Assembly: GCA_963699545.1 (NCBI GenBank)
Contig: CAVOUE010000006.1
Location: forward strand, 256,001-320,000
DNA from: Nitrospirota bacterium
Lineage (GTDB): Bacteria; Nitrospirota; Thermodesulfovibrionia; Thermodesulfovibrionales; UBA9159
Length of the DNA: 64,000 bases
Reading direction: 5' to 3'
Shown here: one piece after another, positions 33,250 through 41,273 of the stretch
How positions within the stretch are numbered: the first letter of the stretch is position 1
How the letters are laid out: the number at the start of each line of letters is the position of its first letter
Position numbers and translations under genes: made by a program
The notes under the pieces: generated by a model
The model's database searches: none
The model's input: the letters and a program-made list of their open reading frames with translations, nothing else
Told to the model about the DNA's origin: nothing

Positions 33250-33390
33250 TTGAGCGGATGGGTTTATTTCGGTTTCACCGTAGCTCTTTTTGCGGTGCTC
33301 GTCGGGATCATCATCCATTACTACAACCCGAAAGAGAAAGAAAAGGTCGAAAAGCCGAAGTACAGGATATTTGACGAGGATGACAGATGA
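33250..33390 (+). CDS. ccoQ: cbb3 oxidase subunit IV-like small membrane protein (not in ORF track)
   Basis: RBS AAGGAGG + TTG; MSGWVYFGFTVALFAVLVGIIIHYYNPKEKEKVEKPKYRIFDEDDR*. Confidence 0.75.
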   Translation: MSGWVYFGFTVALFAVLVGIIIHYYNPKEKEKVEKPKYRIFDEDDR

Positions 33391-33844
33391 GAAGAAACTT
33401 GCTCATGGTTCTGGTGTCTTTCATGGGGATGCTGCTGCTCGGCAATTCTACGGACGCTGAGGATCCCCTGACTGCGATCCGCTCAGAGGCAGTTGCATAA
33501 AAAAGATCGGGGACAAAGAGATCATCTTCGGCATTTCCCCTGCACCGGTGAAGGCCATGGAAGAGCTCGTTTTCCGTCTCGTTATCAGGCGAAGTCCCCC
33601 CTCGCCCCCTTTAATAAAGGGGGGGGAGGAGGGGATGAAAGAGCTGCCGGAAGAAATTGCCGTCGATCTCAGCATGCCCGGCATGTATATGGGGGAAAAT
33701 CGGGTTATGCTCAAAAGAAGTCCTGACGGGACTTACTCAGGGAAAGGAGTGATCCCAAAATGCCGGAGCGGCAGAAGGCTCTGGAAGGCGACAGTGACTG
33801 TCCCTGGCGCCGGAGCAGCCGGCTTTCTCTTCAATGTTTACTGA
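33387..33844 (+). CDS. FixH/YtkA-like exported protein (frameshift near 33468)
   Basis: Signal peptide MRRNLLMVLVSF...; shifted frame DCDPLRGSC...DLSMPGMYMG...PKCRSG. Confidence 0.65.
33595..33635. repeat. Palindromic element in frame inside CDS (encodes SPPSPPLIKGGEEG)
   Basis: TCCCCCCTCGCCCCCTTTAATAAAGGGGGGGGAGGAGGGGA; similar to 44031..44074. Confidence 0.8.
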
Positions 33845-34523
33845 TTCGATCTTTGTCATTATGTTCACGTCCGGCCTTCTGGGAGGCTTCGGACACTGTA
33901 TCGGCATGTGTGGTCCTGTCGTGACAGCGTATTCTGTGCAGCTGGAGAAGAGGAGCGTCCTCCCCCAGGTTCTGTATTCTCTCGGCAGAATAACAACCTA
34001 CAGTATCCTCGGGGGCATCGTGGGACTGGCCGGTTCCTTTGTCTCTGTCGTCAGGCACATTGAGAGATTCCAGGTCATCACCCTTGCTGTCACAGGGCTC
34101 GCGATGATCGCTTTCGGCCTTGCTGCAGGGGGCTGGCTGCCATTCCTCAGGAGGAAACTCGAAGGTGCGGAGCGGGTCTCCTTCTGGGTTGGGAAGACGC
34201 TCCGGTACATCTCGGAAGGAAAGACGGCCGGGGTTTTTTATCCCATGGGGCTTATCATGGGCTTTATCCCCTGCGGTTTGCTCTACACGGCGCTCATCGC
34301 AGCCGCAGGAGCGGGGGTCAGCGCGACCGAACATGTGGAAGGCTTCCTTCGGGGAGCGCTCCTCCTGTTCCTCTTCGGCCTCGGGACAGCGCCGGCATTG
34401 GTGCTTCTTGGGCAGATCGTCGCGATGAAAGGAGAGCGGATAAGAAACAGACTGCATAAGGCCTCGGCGCTCCTCATGATCCTTATAGGGGTCATGTTCA
34501 TTTACAGGTCATTCAGCCAGTGA
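33834..34523 (+). CDS. DsbD_2/TauE-SafE family membrane protein (cbb3 maturation)
   Basis: HCIGMCGP and GFIPCGLLY motifs. Confidence 0.87.
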   Translation: MFTDSIFVIMFTSGLLGGFGHCIGMCGPVVTAYSVQLEKRSVLPQVLYSLGRITTYSILGGIVGLAGSFVSVVRHIERFQVITLAVTGLAMIAFGLAAGGWLPFLRRKLEGAERVSFWVGKTLRYISEGKTAGVFYPMGLIMGFIPCGLLYTALIAAAGAGVSATEHVEGFLRGALLLFLFGLGTAPALVLLGQIVAMKGERIRNRLHKASALLMILIGVMFIYRSFSQ

Positions 34524-34571
34524 GTGATCGGGTCATTCGCTCATGATGTGCAGGAAATGTGGTGTGATGCG

Positions 34572-36995
34572 ATGAACATGCTGAAGTGTGACCATTGCCT
34601 TCTGCCGTTCCGCGAAAGGGATGCGCTCCGGGCTACAGTGGAAAGTGCGGAGAAGGTGTTTTGTTGCAACGGATGCAGGGGGATATACCGGCTCATCCAC
34701 TCCGAGGGACTTGATGAGTTTTATGAGAAGAGGTCGGGGTGGGTACCGGGCCCGCCTGAAGAGGTCGAGCTTGCGACGGATGCGTTCGAGGACTCGGTCA
34801 GAGTGTCAGCCGGCGAAGCAGAGATAGACCTTGCGCTCTCGGGAATCCGGTGCACCTCCTGCATATGGCTTATCGAGCGTTTTCTCGGGAAGATCAAGGG
34901 AATTACTTATATCACCGTGAATTATGCCACGCACATGGCAAAGGTCAGATGGCTTCCTGAAACGATATCCCTCGATTCGGTCCTCAGGAGAATCGCAGCA
35001 CTTGGCTATACGCCGCGCCCCTGGGCGGCATCAGACCTCGAAGAACGACTGAAGGCCGAAAAAAGGGACCTTCTCATTCGACTGGGCACCGCTTCTTTTC
35101 TGACGATGCAGCTCATGCTCTTCACTACCGCACTCTATGCGGGGTATTTCCAGGGCATTGACCCGCTCTACCGGAAGGTCTTTGAGCTCATCGCCCTTGG
35201 GCTCTCCACCCCGGTAATCTTTTACTGCGGTTATCCCTTTCTGAAGAATACCATCAGGGGGCTAAGGAACCGCTCGCTGAACATGGACACTCTTGTTTTT
35301 ACCGGATCGTTCAGCGCGTATTTGTACAGCATCATAGCTATGGTGAAAGGAGGAGGGGTCTATTTTGATACGTCGGCCATGATCGTGACCCTGATACTCC
35401 TCGGAAGGTTCATCGAATCAGGAGCGAGGGCAAAAGCAACAGGGGCTGTCTCCTCCCTTATCGGTCGACAACCGAAAGAAGCAAGACTTATAAAGAAGTC
35501 CCCGGGTGAAACGAAAGGGCTGCCTGTGAACATCTCCCTATCTGCACTCGGGATAGGCGATCATATCGAGGTCATCCCCGGAGAAAAAATTCCCGTCGAT
35601 TGTGTGGTAGTTCAAGGTTCTTCAGAGATCGATGCATCAATGCTCACAGGAGAATCCATGCCTGTCAGAAAGATGGAGGGTGCGGAGGTCTTTGGAGGGA
35701 CCCTTAACCTCAATGGGAGGCTTATCCTTGAGGTCAGAAGGACAGGGAACGATACGGTGCTGGCCCAGATAACAAGGGCCGTGGAAGATGCCCAGGCAAG
35801 GAAGGCCCCTATCCAAAAGGTCGTTGACAGGGTCGTCGGCTGGTTCGTGCCTGCTATCATCGCTCTATCAATGGCCACCTTCGTCCTCTGGTTTGTCAGA
35901 GGGAGTACTATGACATCCTCTTTAATGAACGCGATCTCGGTCCTCGTCATCGCATGTCCGTGTGCTCTGGGGCTGGCCACACCGTTGGCGATCCTCATAG
36001 GTTCAACGCTCCTTTCTTCCAGGGGTATCCTCGTCAAGGGAGGAGATATTATCGAGACCCTTGCCCGGTCGGATTTTGTATGCTTTGACAAAACAGGGAC
36101 ACTGACCGCGGGAACACCCTCCTTAGTGGAGATAGTGAGCTACGGAACGGACAGAGAGTATTTGCACGTCCTTGCAGCATCCCTCGAGAAAGGCTCGGAA
36201 CACGCCGTTGCAAAGGCTTTATGGACAGGTGTGAGTGAATCTGATCTCTATCCCATTGAGGCTTTCAAAGCATCCCCGGGGATGGGTGTAGAAGGGACCA
36301 TGGAGGCCGGGCATCTCGTTGCCGGGAATATCACTTTCCTGCGGTCATTCCATGTGGTGATCACTGAGGCACAGATGAGGGATCTCCATTGCCTTTCGGC
36401 AAAGGGCAACACCGTAGTGGGCCTCGCTGTTGCCCAGGAACTCAAAGGGTGGTTTGTGATCTCTGATGACCTCAGACCTGATGCGCCTGACGTTGTGAAG
36501 GATTTGGAACAGCAGGGATGCAAAGTGAGCCTTCTCACCGGGGACCATCGGGCTGTTGCCGAAAAGATAGGGGAAAAGGCGGGCATCTCGATGATCGATG
36601 CAGAGGTCTTGCCGGTTCAAAAGGCGGAGAAGATCAGGGAGATGAAGGAAGCCGGCCACAGGGTGACGATGGTGGGCGACGGCATCAACGATGCTCCCGC
36701 GCTCACGGAGGCTGATGCAGGAGTTGCCATTGGCAGTGCAACGGATATAGCAATTGAAAGTGCTGATGTCGTGCTGATGCGGAATGACCTGAATCTAGTT
36801 CCTCATCTCATCAGGGCGTCGAGAAGAATTCTCTCTGTCATAAAGCAGAACCTCTTCTGGGCATTCTCTTATAACCTCATCGCAATTCCCCTGGCAGTCG
36901 CCGGGATGATCCACCCCATTATCTCCGCAGCCTTCATGGCCACAAGTTCTCTCCTTGTGGTGGGGAACTCGCTCAGACTGTACAGGAAAAAGTGA
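34572..36995 (+). CDS. ccoI: Heavy-metal (Cu) P1B-type ATPase
   Basis: CDHC...CCNGC N-terminus, CTSC, TGES, CPC, DKTGT, GDGINDAP, YN...MATSS. Confidence 0.92.
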   Translation: MNMLKCDHCLLPFRERDALRATVESAEKVFCCNGCRGIYRLIHSEGLDEFYEKRSGWVPGPPEEVELATDAFEDSVRVSAGEAEIDLALSGIRCTSCIWLIERFLGKIKGITYITVNYATHMAKVRWLPETISLDSVLRRIAALGYTPRPWAASDLEERLKAEKRDLLIRLGTASFLTMQLMLFTTALYAGYFQGIDPLYRKVFELIALGLSTPVIFYCGYPFLKNTIRGLRNRSLNMDTLVFTGSFSAYLYSIIAMVKGGGVYFDTSAMIVTLILLGRFIESGARAKATGAVSSLIGRQPKEARLIKKSPGETKGLPVNISLSALGIGDHIEVIPGEKIPVDCVVVQGSSEIDASMLTGESMPVRKMEGAEVFGGTLNLNGRLILEVRRTGNDTVLAQITRAVEDAQARKAPIQKVVDRVVGWFVPAIIALSMATFVLWFVRGSTMTSSLMNAISVLVIACPCALGLATPLAILIGSTLLSSRGILVKGGDIIETLARSDFVCFDKTGTLTAGTPSLVEIVSYGTDREYLHVLAASLEKGSEHAVAKALWTGVSESDLYPIEAFKASPGMGVEGTMEAGHLVAGNITFLRSFHVVITEAQMRDLHCLSAKGNTVVGLAVAQELKGWFVISDDLRPDAPDVVKDLEQQGCKVSLLTGDHRAVAEKIGEKAGISMIDAEVLPVQKAEKIREMKEAGHRVTMVGDGINDAPALTEADAGVAIGSATDIAIESADVVLMRNDLNLVPHLIRASRRILSVIKQNLFWAFSYNLIAIPLAVAGMIHPIISAAFMATSSLLVVGNSLRLYRKK

Positions 36996-37035
36996 CCAGG
37001 GGCGCTTTGAGAAGTGGGGTGTCGCGTACACCGAC
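36463..37035 (+). repeat. Direct repeat copy 1 (ccoI 3' end + 40 bp downstream)
   Basis: Colinear with 38949..39521, no indels, ~34 substitutions counted by eye. Confidence 0.93.
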
Positions 37036-37087
37036 AGTCGACACTTTCAGAAAACCGAAACTAGTGAGGATTCCCGTAGATAATGTG

Positions 37088-37150
37088 CAGTAACGTGGAG
37101 CTAAGGGGCTGCGCGCTTTTGCGCAGTCCCGCTTGAGCGTAGGGTTAGGG
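37088..37150 (-). other. Integron attC site, cassette 1
   Basis: Minus strand CCCTAAC-CCTAC-GCTCAAGC-GGGACTGCGCAAAAGCGCGCAGCCC-CTTAGC-TCCAC-GTTACTG; R'' is complementary to the cassette start GTTAGGGGC. Confidence 0.88.
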
Positions 37151-37194
37151 GCGTACAAGCCAACCTGCTTTTGCGCAGACCCGAAGCTAAAAAC

Positions 37195-37788
37195 TCAGCA
37201 AGCACGATGATAACTTCCGGGGTTATTCGGTTTGCTCAATGTTCCGAATAGCGCGGCGTTCTGTTTATGGTAAGCGAATACTGCTCGGTCAATTTCCCTC
37301 AAGCTCCATTTCGGGTAACTGCCTCGTATCGCCAAAATAGCCTCCATGAATGATGGGTATTGATTGATACCAGTGGACTTATGCTGGATGTAGCCAAAAT
37401 GCCTAAGTACGTCTACAGTTCTACGGTCAATAATTGGGAAGAACGACGGATAAAGAAACTGGAGAAATGTTGATGCTACGGGTGCGCCGATACCAGGCAA
37501 CTCGACAAGCAGTTTCATCCTTTCCATACCAGAAGCCGCATGGCACTTTCTTATCGCGTTTGTGTATATCTCGAAATTGATCCAATCAATGCGCCCCTTA
37601 ACTCTGGCCGATTTCCAGTTCAGGATTTCAGTGAATGTCTGTTTTGTCACAGAGCCGTCGGCGCTCATCTCTAAGCTGACTCTGTTTAACAGCCTCTTGT
37701 ACTCTGACTCATCATCTTCAGTTTCATCGTACCGGGGATGCCAAGCCTGAATGAACTGGTCGTCAACTCTATTTGGCATGGCGCACAT
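37195..37788 (-). CDS. Cassette-borne HhH-GPD-like (DNA glycosylase-like) protein
   Basis: LVELPGIGAPVASTFL helix-hairpin-helix and PIIDRR motif; lower GC than flanks; lies between attI-like site and attC. Confidence 0.7.
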   Translation of the reverse strand: MCAMPNRVDDQFIQAWHPRYDETEDDESEYKRLLNRVSLEMSADGSVTKQTFTEILNWKSARVKGRIDWINFEIYTNAIRKCHAASGMERMKLLVELPGIGAPVASTFLQFLYPSFFPIIDRRTVDVLRHFGYIQHKSTGINQYPSFMEAILAIRGSYPKWSLREIDRAVFAYHKQNAALFGTLSKPNNPGSYHRAC

Positions 37789-37826
37789 ATTTGCTTTCCT
37801 TTTTACCTGATAATTCCACGATAAGC

Positions 37827-37860
37827 CCCTAACCAGTTATTAGATAGTTTCTCGATAACA
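37827..37860 (-). other. attI-like site preceding cassette 1
   Basis: Minus strand ...TATCTAATAACTG-GTTAGGG; no attC hairpin upstream of this GTTRRR core. Confidence 0.55.
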
Positions 37861-38000
37861 CCGGAATTTTCCAGTCTCCGCAATCTGCCATAGACATCAC
37901 GCTCAGCGTAACTGCTTGATTTATCGTGCTATCATGATTGGATAACATTACTTTTGTGATGTTAGCGAGTTTTCTGTCTAACATATGAATGAGCATGTCA

Positions 38001-38933
38001 TGGGGTCAGGTCTTGTGTCTTGCATTTCAACTATCTCCCCCTATTTACCACCCGACTTACAGTAGCATAATGTATCCCAAGATAATCAGCCACCTCTTTT
38101 TGGCTGTACCCGTACCTCTCGACTGACTCTTTGATAGCTTTCTCCGCTGACTCATTATCTGCTGTTTCTTGCTTCAATAATTTGGCAAGGCCAGGTCTTC
38201 CGATATATCTCTGACTCTTCGGTATTTCTTTTATTCGTTCCCGTCCCTTTGCGTATCCTATCAGGTTTTCGATAAATTCATCATCCCCTATAATGCTTTG
38301 TCCCTTCACCTCATTCCATATCTTCTTGGCGTCTATCCCTGCATCAACAAACTCACGGTATCTTTTCTCTGCCGGTCCCCTCTTCGAGCCAAACTGTCCC
38401 AGTATCCAGTCTTTTGTGAGGCAGGGATGAGGTTTTTCCATTCCCGCAGTTGCCCGGTAGCTGCTCCATTGCCACTTTTCAGGTCTTTTCACTGCCTTTG
38501 CCCTGACAGGATTCAATACTACATACCGGCTGACTTCAAGCAAATAGCTGTCTTTTTGTACCAGTATCGCCTTATATCTCCCTTGGAATATATGTCCCAC
38601 TCGATGATGCCTTCGGTTGAATTGTTGTGTATAGACTCCGTTGAGCTGCCTCATCCCTTTCGACAGGTTGCCGTCAGGAGTTTCGATGACGAGATGATAA
38701 TGGTTATTCATGAGGCAGTAGGCATGGCATAGCCAATTATATCGTTTATTTACTTTGTAAAGGGCTTCTATGAATACTTTTCGATCTTCATCGTCTTTGC
38801 AGATAGGTTTTCGGGCATTCCCACGCGAGGTTACATGATACAGCGCACCGTCGTATTCAATCCTTAATGGTCTTGCCATATCAGCATCCTATCAGAAAAA
38901 GCCGCCAATTGCAAGAAACAAGACCTGACCCCA
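38001..38933 (-). mobile_element. Inverted-repeat-flanked RAYT/Y1 transposase element
   Basis: IRs TGGGGTCAGGTCTTGTGTCTTGCATTT (38001..38027) and AATTGCAAGAAACAAGACCTGACCCCA (38907..38933), 25/27 match. Confidence 0.85.
38031..38879 (-). CDS. REP-associated tyrosine (Y1 HUH) transposase with C-terminal HTH
   Basis: MARPLR, YHVTSRGN, YCLMNNHYHL (HUH), YVVLNPVRA, WSSY; HTH SQKEVADYLGIHYATVSR. Confidence 0.92.
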   Translation of the reverse strand: MARPLRIEYDGALYHVTSRGNARKPICKDDEDRKVFIEALYKVNKRYNWLCHAYCLMNNHYHLVIETPDGNLSKGMRQLNGVYTQQFNRRHHRVGHIFQGRYKAILVQKDSYLLEVSRYVVLNPVRAKAVKRPEKWQWSSYRATAGMEKPHPCLTKDWILGQFGSKRGPAEKRYREFVDAGIDAKKIWNEVKGQSIIGDDEFIENLIGYAKGRERIKEIPKSQRYIGRPGLAKLLKQETADNESAEKAIKESVERYGYSQKEVADYLGIHYATVSRVVNRGR

Positions 38934-38948
38934 ATGACCGTCGTTGAA

Positions 38949-39521
38949 CTGATGACCTCAGACCTGATGCGCCTGACGTTGTGAAGGATTTGGAACAGCA
39001 GGGATGCAAAGTGAGCCTTCTCACCGGGGACCATCGGGCTGTTGCCGAAAAGATAGGGAAACGAGCGGGTATTTCGATAATCGATGCAGAGGTCTTGCCG
39101 GTTCAGAAGGCGAAGAAGATCAGGGAACTCAAAGAATCAGGCCACAGGGTGACGATGGTGGGCGACGGCATCAACGATGCTCCCGCGCTCACGGAGGCTG
39201 ATGCAGGAGTTGCCATCGGCAGTGCAACGGATATAGCAATTGAAAGTGCCGATGTCGTGCTGATGCGGAATGACCTGAGTCTAGTTCCTCATCTCATCAG
39301 GACATCAAGAAGAATACTCTCTGTCATAAAGCAGAACCTCTTCTGGGCATTCTCTTATAACCTCATCGCCATTCCCCTGGCAGTCGCCGGGATGATCCAT
39401 CCCATCATCTCGGCGGCCTTCATGGCCACAAGTTCTCTCCTTGTGGTGGGAAACTCGCTCAGGCTCTACAGGAAAAAGTAACCAGGGTCGCCTTGAGAAG
39501 TGGGGTGTCGCTTACACCGAC
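38949..39521 (+). pseudogene. Duplicated 3' fragment of ccoI (direct repeat copy 2)
   Basis: Frame-intact C-terminal ~177 codons ending TAA 39481; lacks the 5' part of the gene. Confidence 0.9.
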
Positions 39522-39563
39522 GACTCCTCAAGGTCAAGGAAGGTCGAGGACTAAAGATTTACG

Positions 39564-39632
39564 GTAGAACGCTCGGGCTGACAGGTGCGCGGGCGCTTTT
39601 TCCGCGCATCCTCGTCCAGCCCGTTGTTAGGC
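39564..39632 (-). other. Integron attC site, cassette 2
   Basis: Minus strand GCCTAAC-AACGGGCTGGAC-GAGGATGCGCGGAAAAAGCGCCCGCGCACCT-GTCAGCCCGAGC-GTTCTAC; R'' is complementary to the cassette start GTTAGGCC. Confidence 0.88.
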
Positions 39633-39661
39633 CGTAATGCAGAAATGTTCTCTTGGTAATA

Positions 39662-40288
39662 CTACGCACGCACAAGGACATTAGCCATTGCATAATCGGA
39701 CAACTGAAGTAATGGCTTTCCAAAGTTACCACCAATGATCTCAAACAGGGGATAATTTGGAGCATCGAGTGCCTTTCCAATCCATTTCCCGAATCGCTCA
39801 AGTTCACTCCCGCGTTCTTTCACGAGTGCAGCCCGATATTCCTCCAAACGATTGAGCGGATCAAGGTGATCCCCGAACCCAAATGTTGGCTTCGGATCAA
39901 TTGACACAAGCGTTATTTCACGAAGATTCTTCATTCCGGCATTACGACAAAGTTCCATGAGTGCTGTGGCTAATGCGCCATCAAATAGTCCAATAAGCCT
40001 CTGGCTTGGTCGTTTACCAAACCATTTCTTTTCTGTAAGGTGTTTTGGTGACTGCAAGCTGGCAAAGAATGTGCAAAAACACAAGCACTCGAAACGCAGC
40101 CTGAGGCGCATTTCGTCAGTGATAGGCTTTTCCGATATATTGAGTCTACGAGCTTCATCACCACGACAGAATTGAGTGTATGTCTCCAAGATGGATTCGA
40201 CGATTTTTTGGTCAAGCAGGAAATGGTCAATGCCCACAAGAACATTTACAGCAAGACGATCTAATGTTTCTATCGAGGGCAATGACAT
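39662..40288 (-). CDS. Cassette-borne hypothetical protein
   Basis: 208-aa ORF filling the cassette 39570..40316; no motif recognised. Confidence 0.75.
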   Translation of the reverse strand: MSLPSIETLDRLAVNVLVGIDHFLLDQKIVESILETYTQFCRGDEARRLNISEKPITDEMRLRLRFECLCFCTFFASLQSPKHLTEKKWFGKRPSQRLIGLFDGALATALMELCRNAGMKNLREITLVSIDPKPTFGFGDHLDPLNRLEEYRAALVKERGSELERFGKWIGKALDAPNYPLFEIIGGNFGKPLLQLSDYAMANVLVRA

Positions 40289-40310
40289 ATATTTATTCCC
40301 TTTGTTGTTG

Positions 40311-40345
40311 GCCTAACATTGTTTTTTATGCCGACTATTCAGTTT
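40311..40345 (-). other. attI-like site preceding cassette 2
   Basis: Minus strand GGCATAAAAAACAAT-GTTAGGC resembles attI1 (CCCTAAAACAAA-GTTRRRY). Confidence 0.65.
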
Positions 40346-40351
40346 TTGTGA

Positions 40352-40380
40352 ATTATAGGATTAGTCCGGGCTACTGTCAA
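40352..40380 (-). promoter_or_regulatory. Consensus sigma-70 promoter pointing into cassette 2 (Pc-like)
   Basis: Minus strand TTGACA-GTAGCCCGGACTAATCC (17 nt)-TATAAT. Confidence 0.85.
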
Positions 40381-40633
40381 TATAATTATTCCCCCCCGCG
40401 TAAGAACTGGACGGATAACAAAGGATAATTACTGCGATTGTAATAGTTATAACGCGTCCACATAATAAAGACCTAATTTTATCTTTACTATTATACGGAG
40501 GTTCTCACAGAGAATAAAAAAATATGTCCAGTGTTGATTTTCGAGAGTACTTGATTATCCCACCTTGCTCTCAGCGGTGTCGGTTCCAGGAAGGACTTCT
40601 TTTCCGATCAAGGAACATTTCCCAGGCAAAAAA

Positions 40634-40894
40634 TTATCGGTAGATATCCTTTCGATGGCGCACTTTGAGGATCGTTATCATTTCCTCTGGAATATCTACT
40701 ACATACATAATTCGATAATCCCCGAAACGGTATCGAAATAAACCGGCCAGATTTTCCTTGAGAGGCTTTCCGAGCTTAAGCGGATCCTGGACCAGATATC
40801 TTGTTATGCGGTGGATGACCTTCAGTGCGAGCTCTTTGTCCAGGTCCCGGAGGTCCTTCCAGACATCCTCGTGCCATCGAACCTTATAGGCCAA
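40634..40894 (-). CDS. relE: RelE/ParE-family toxin
   Basis: GKPLKENLAGLFRYRFGDYRI...VRHRKDIY. Confidence 0.9.
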   Translation of the reverse strand: MAYKVRWHEDVWKDLRDLDKELALKVIHRITRYLVQDPLKLGKPLKENLAGLFRYRFGDYRIMYVVDIPEEMITILKVRHRKDIYR

Positions 40895-41093
40895 GCCGCT
40901 TTTCCAGTTCCTTTGTGTTCAGATATTTTGCGTTCTTATCGTTCAGCCGATCGAGAGCAAGATACGCATCTTCGTATTCTTCAAGGTACTCACTAAGCGC
41001 CTCCCTCATATAGTAGCTTTTCGGCCTCCTGGTCTTTTCTGAGAGCCTATTAAGCCTGCTCTCTAAATCAACAGGCAGTTTCAGGGTTAACAT
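40884..41093 (-). CDS. Ribbon-helix-helix antitoxin
   Basis: LNRLSEKTRRPKSYYMREAL; overlaps the toxin start. Confidence 0.87.
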   Translation of the reverse strand: MLTLKLPVDLESRLNRLSEKTRRPKSYYMREALSEYLEEYEDAYLALDRLNDKNAKYLNTKELEKRLGL

Positions 41094-41273
41094 GACACCT
41101 CCTACTTATGTATTACTGTTATTACCTATAATAACAGTTGAACAGAAGAAAGTCCACAGGGGCCTACTTGCATGGCAAGAAGAAGCTATTCATGTAAACT
41201 TACTAATCCGCACCCTTCGTGACTTCCACTCGAAGCTAGACTTCAGGAAGAACATACTACAATTTCAGAACGT

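Noticed and set aside
38941-38950. GTTGAAC at the left edge of the ccoI duplicate as an IntI recombination core
   Set aside because: A 7-bp match is expected by chance, there is no attC hairpin, and the corresponding ccoI site lacks a GNT core.
36463-39521. ccoI repeat pair as a diversity-generating retroelement TR/VR
   Set aside because: Differences include many C/T and G/C changes rather than being adenine-specific, are mostly synonymous, and no reverse transcriptase is present.
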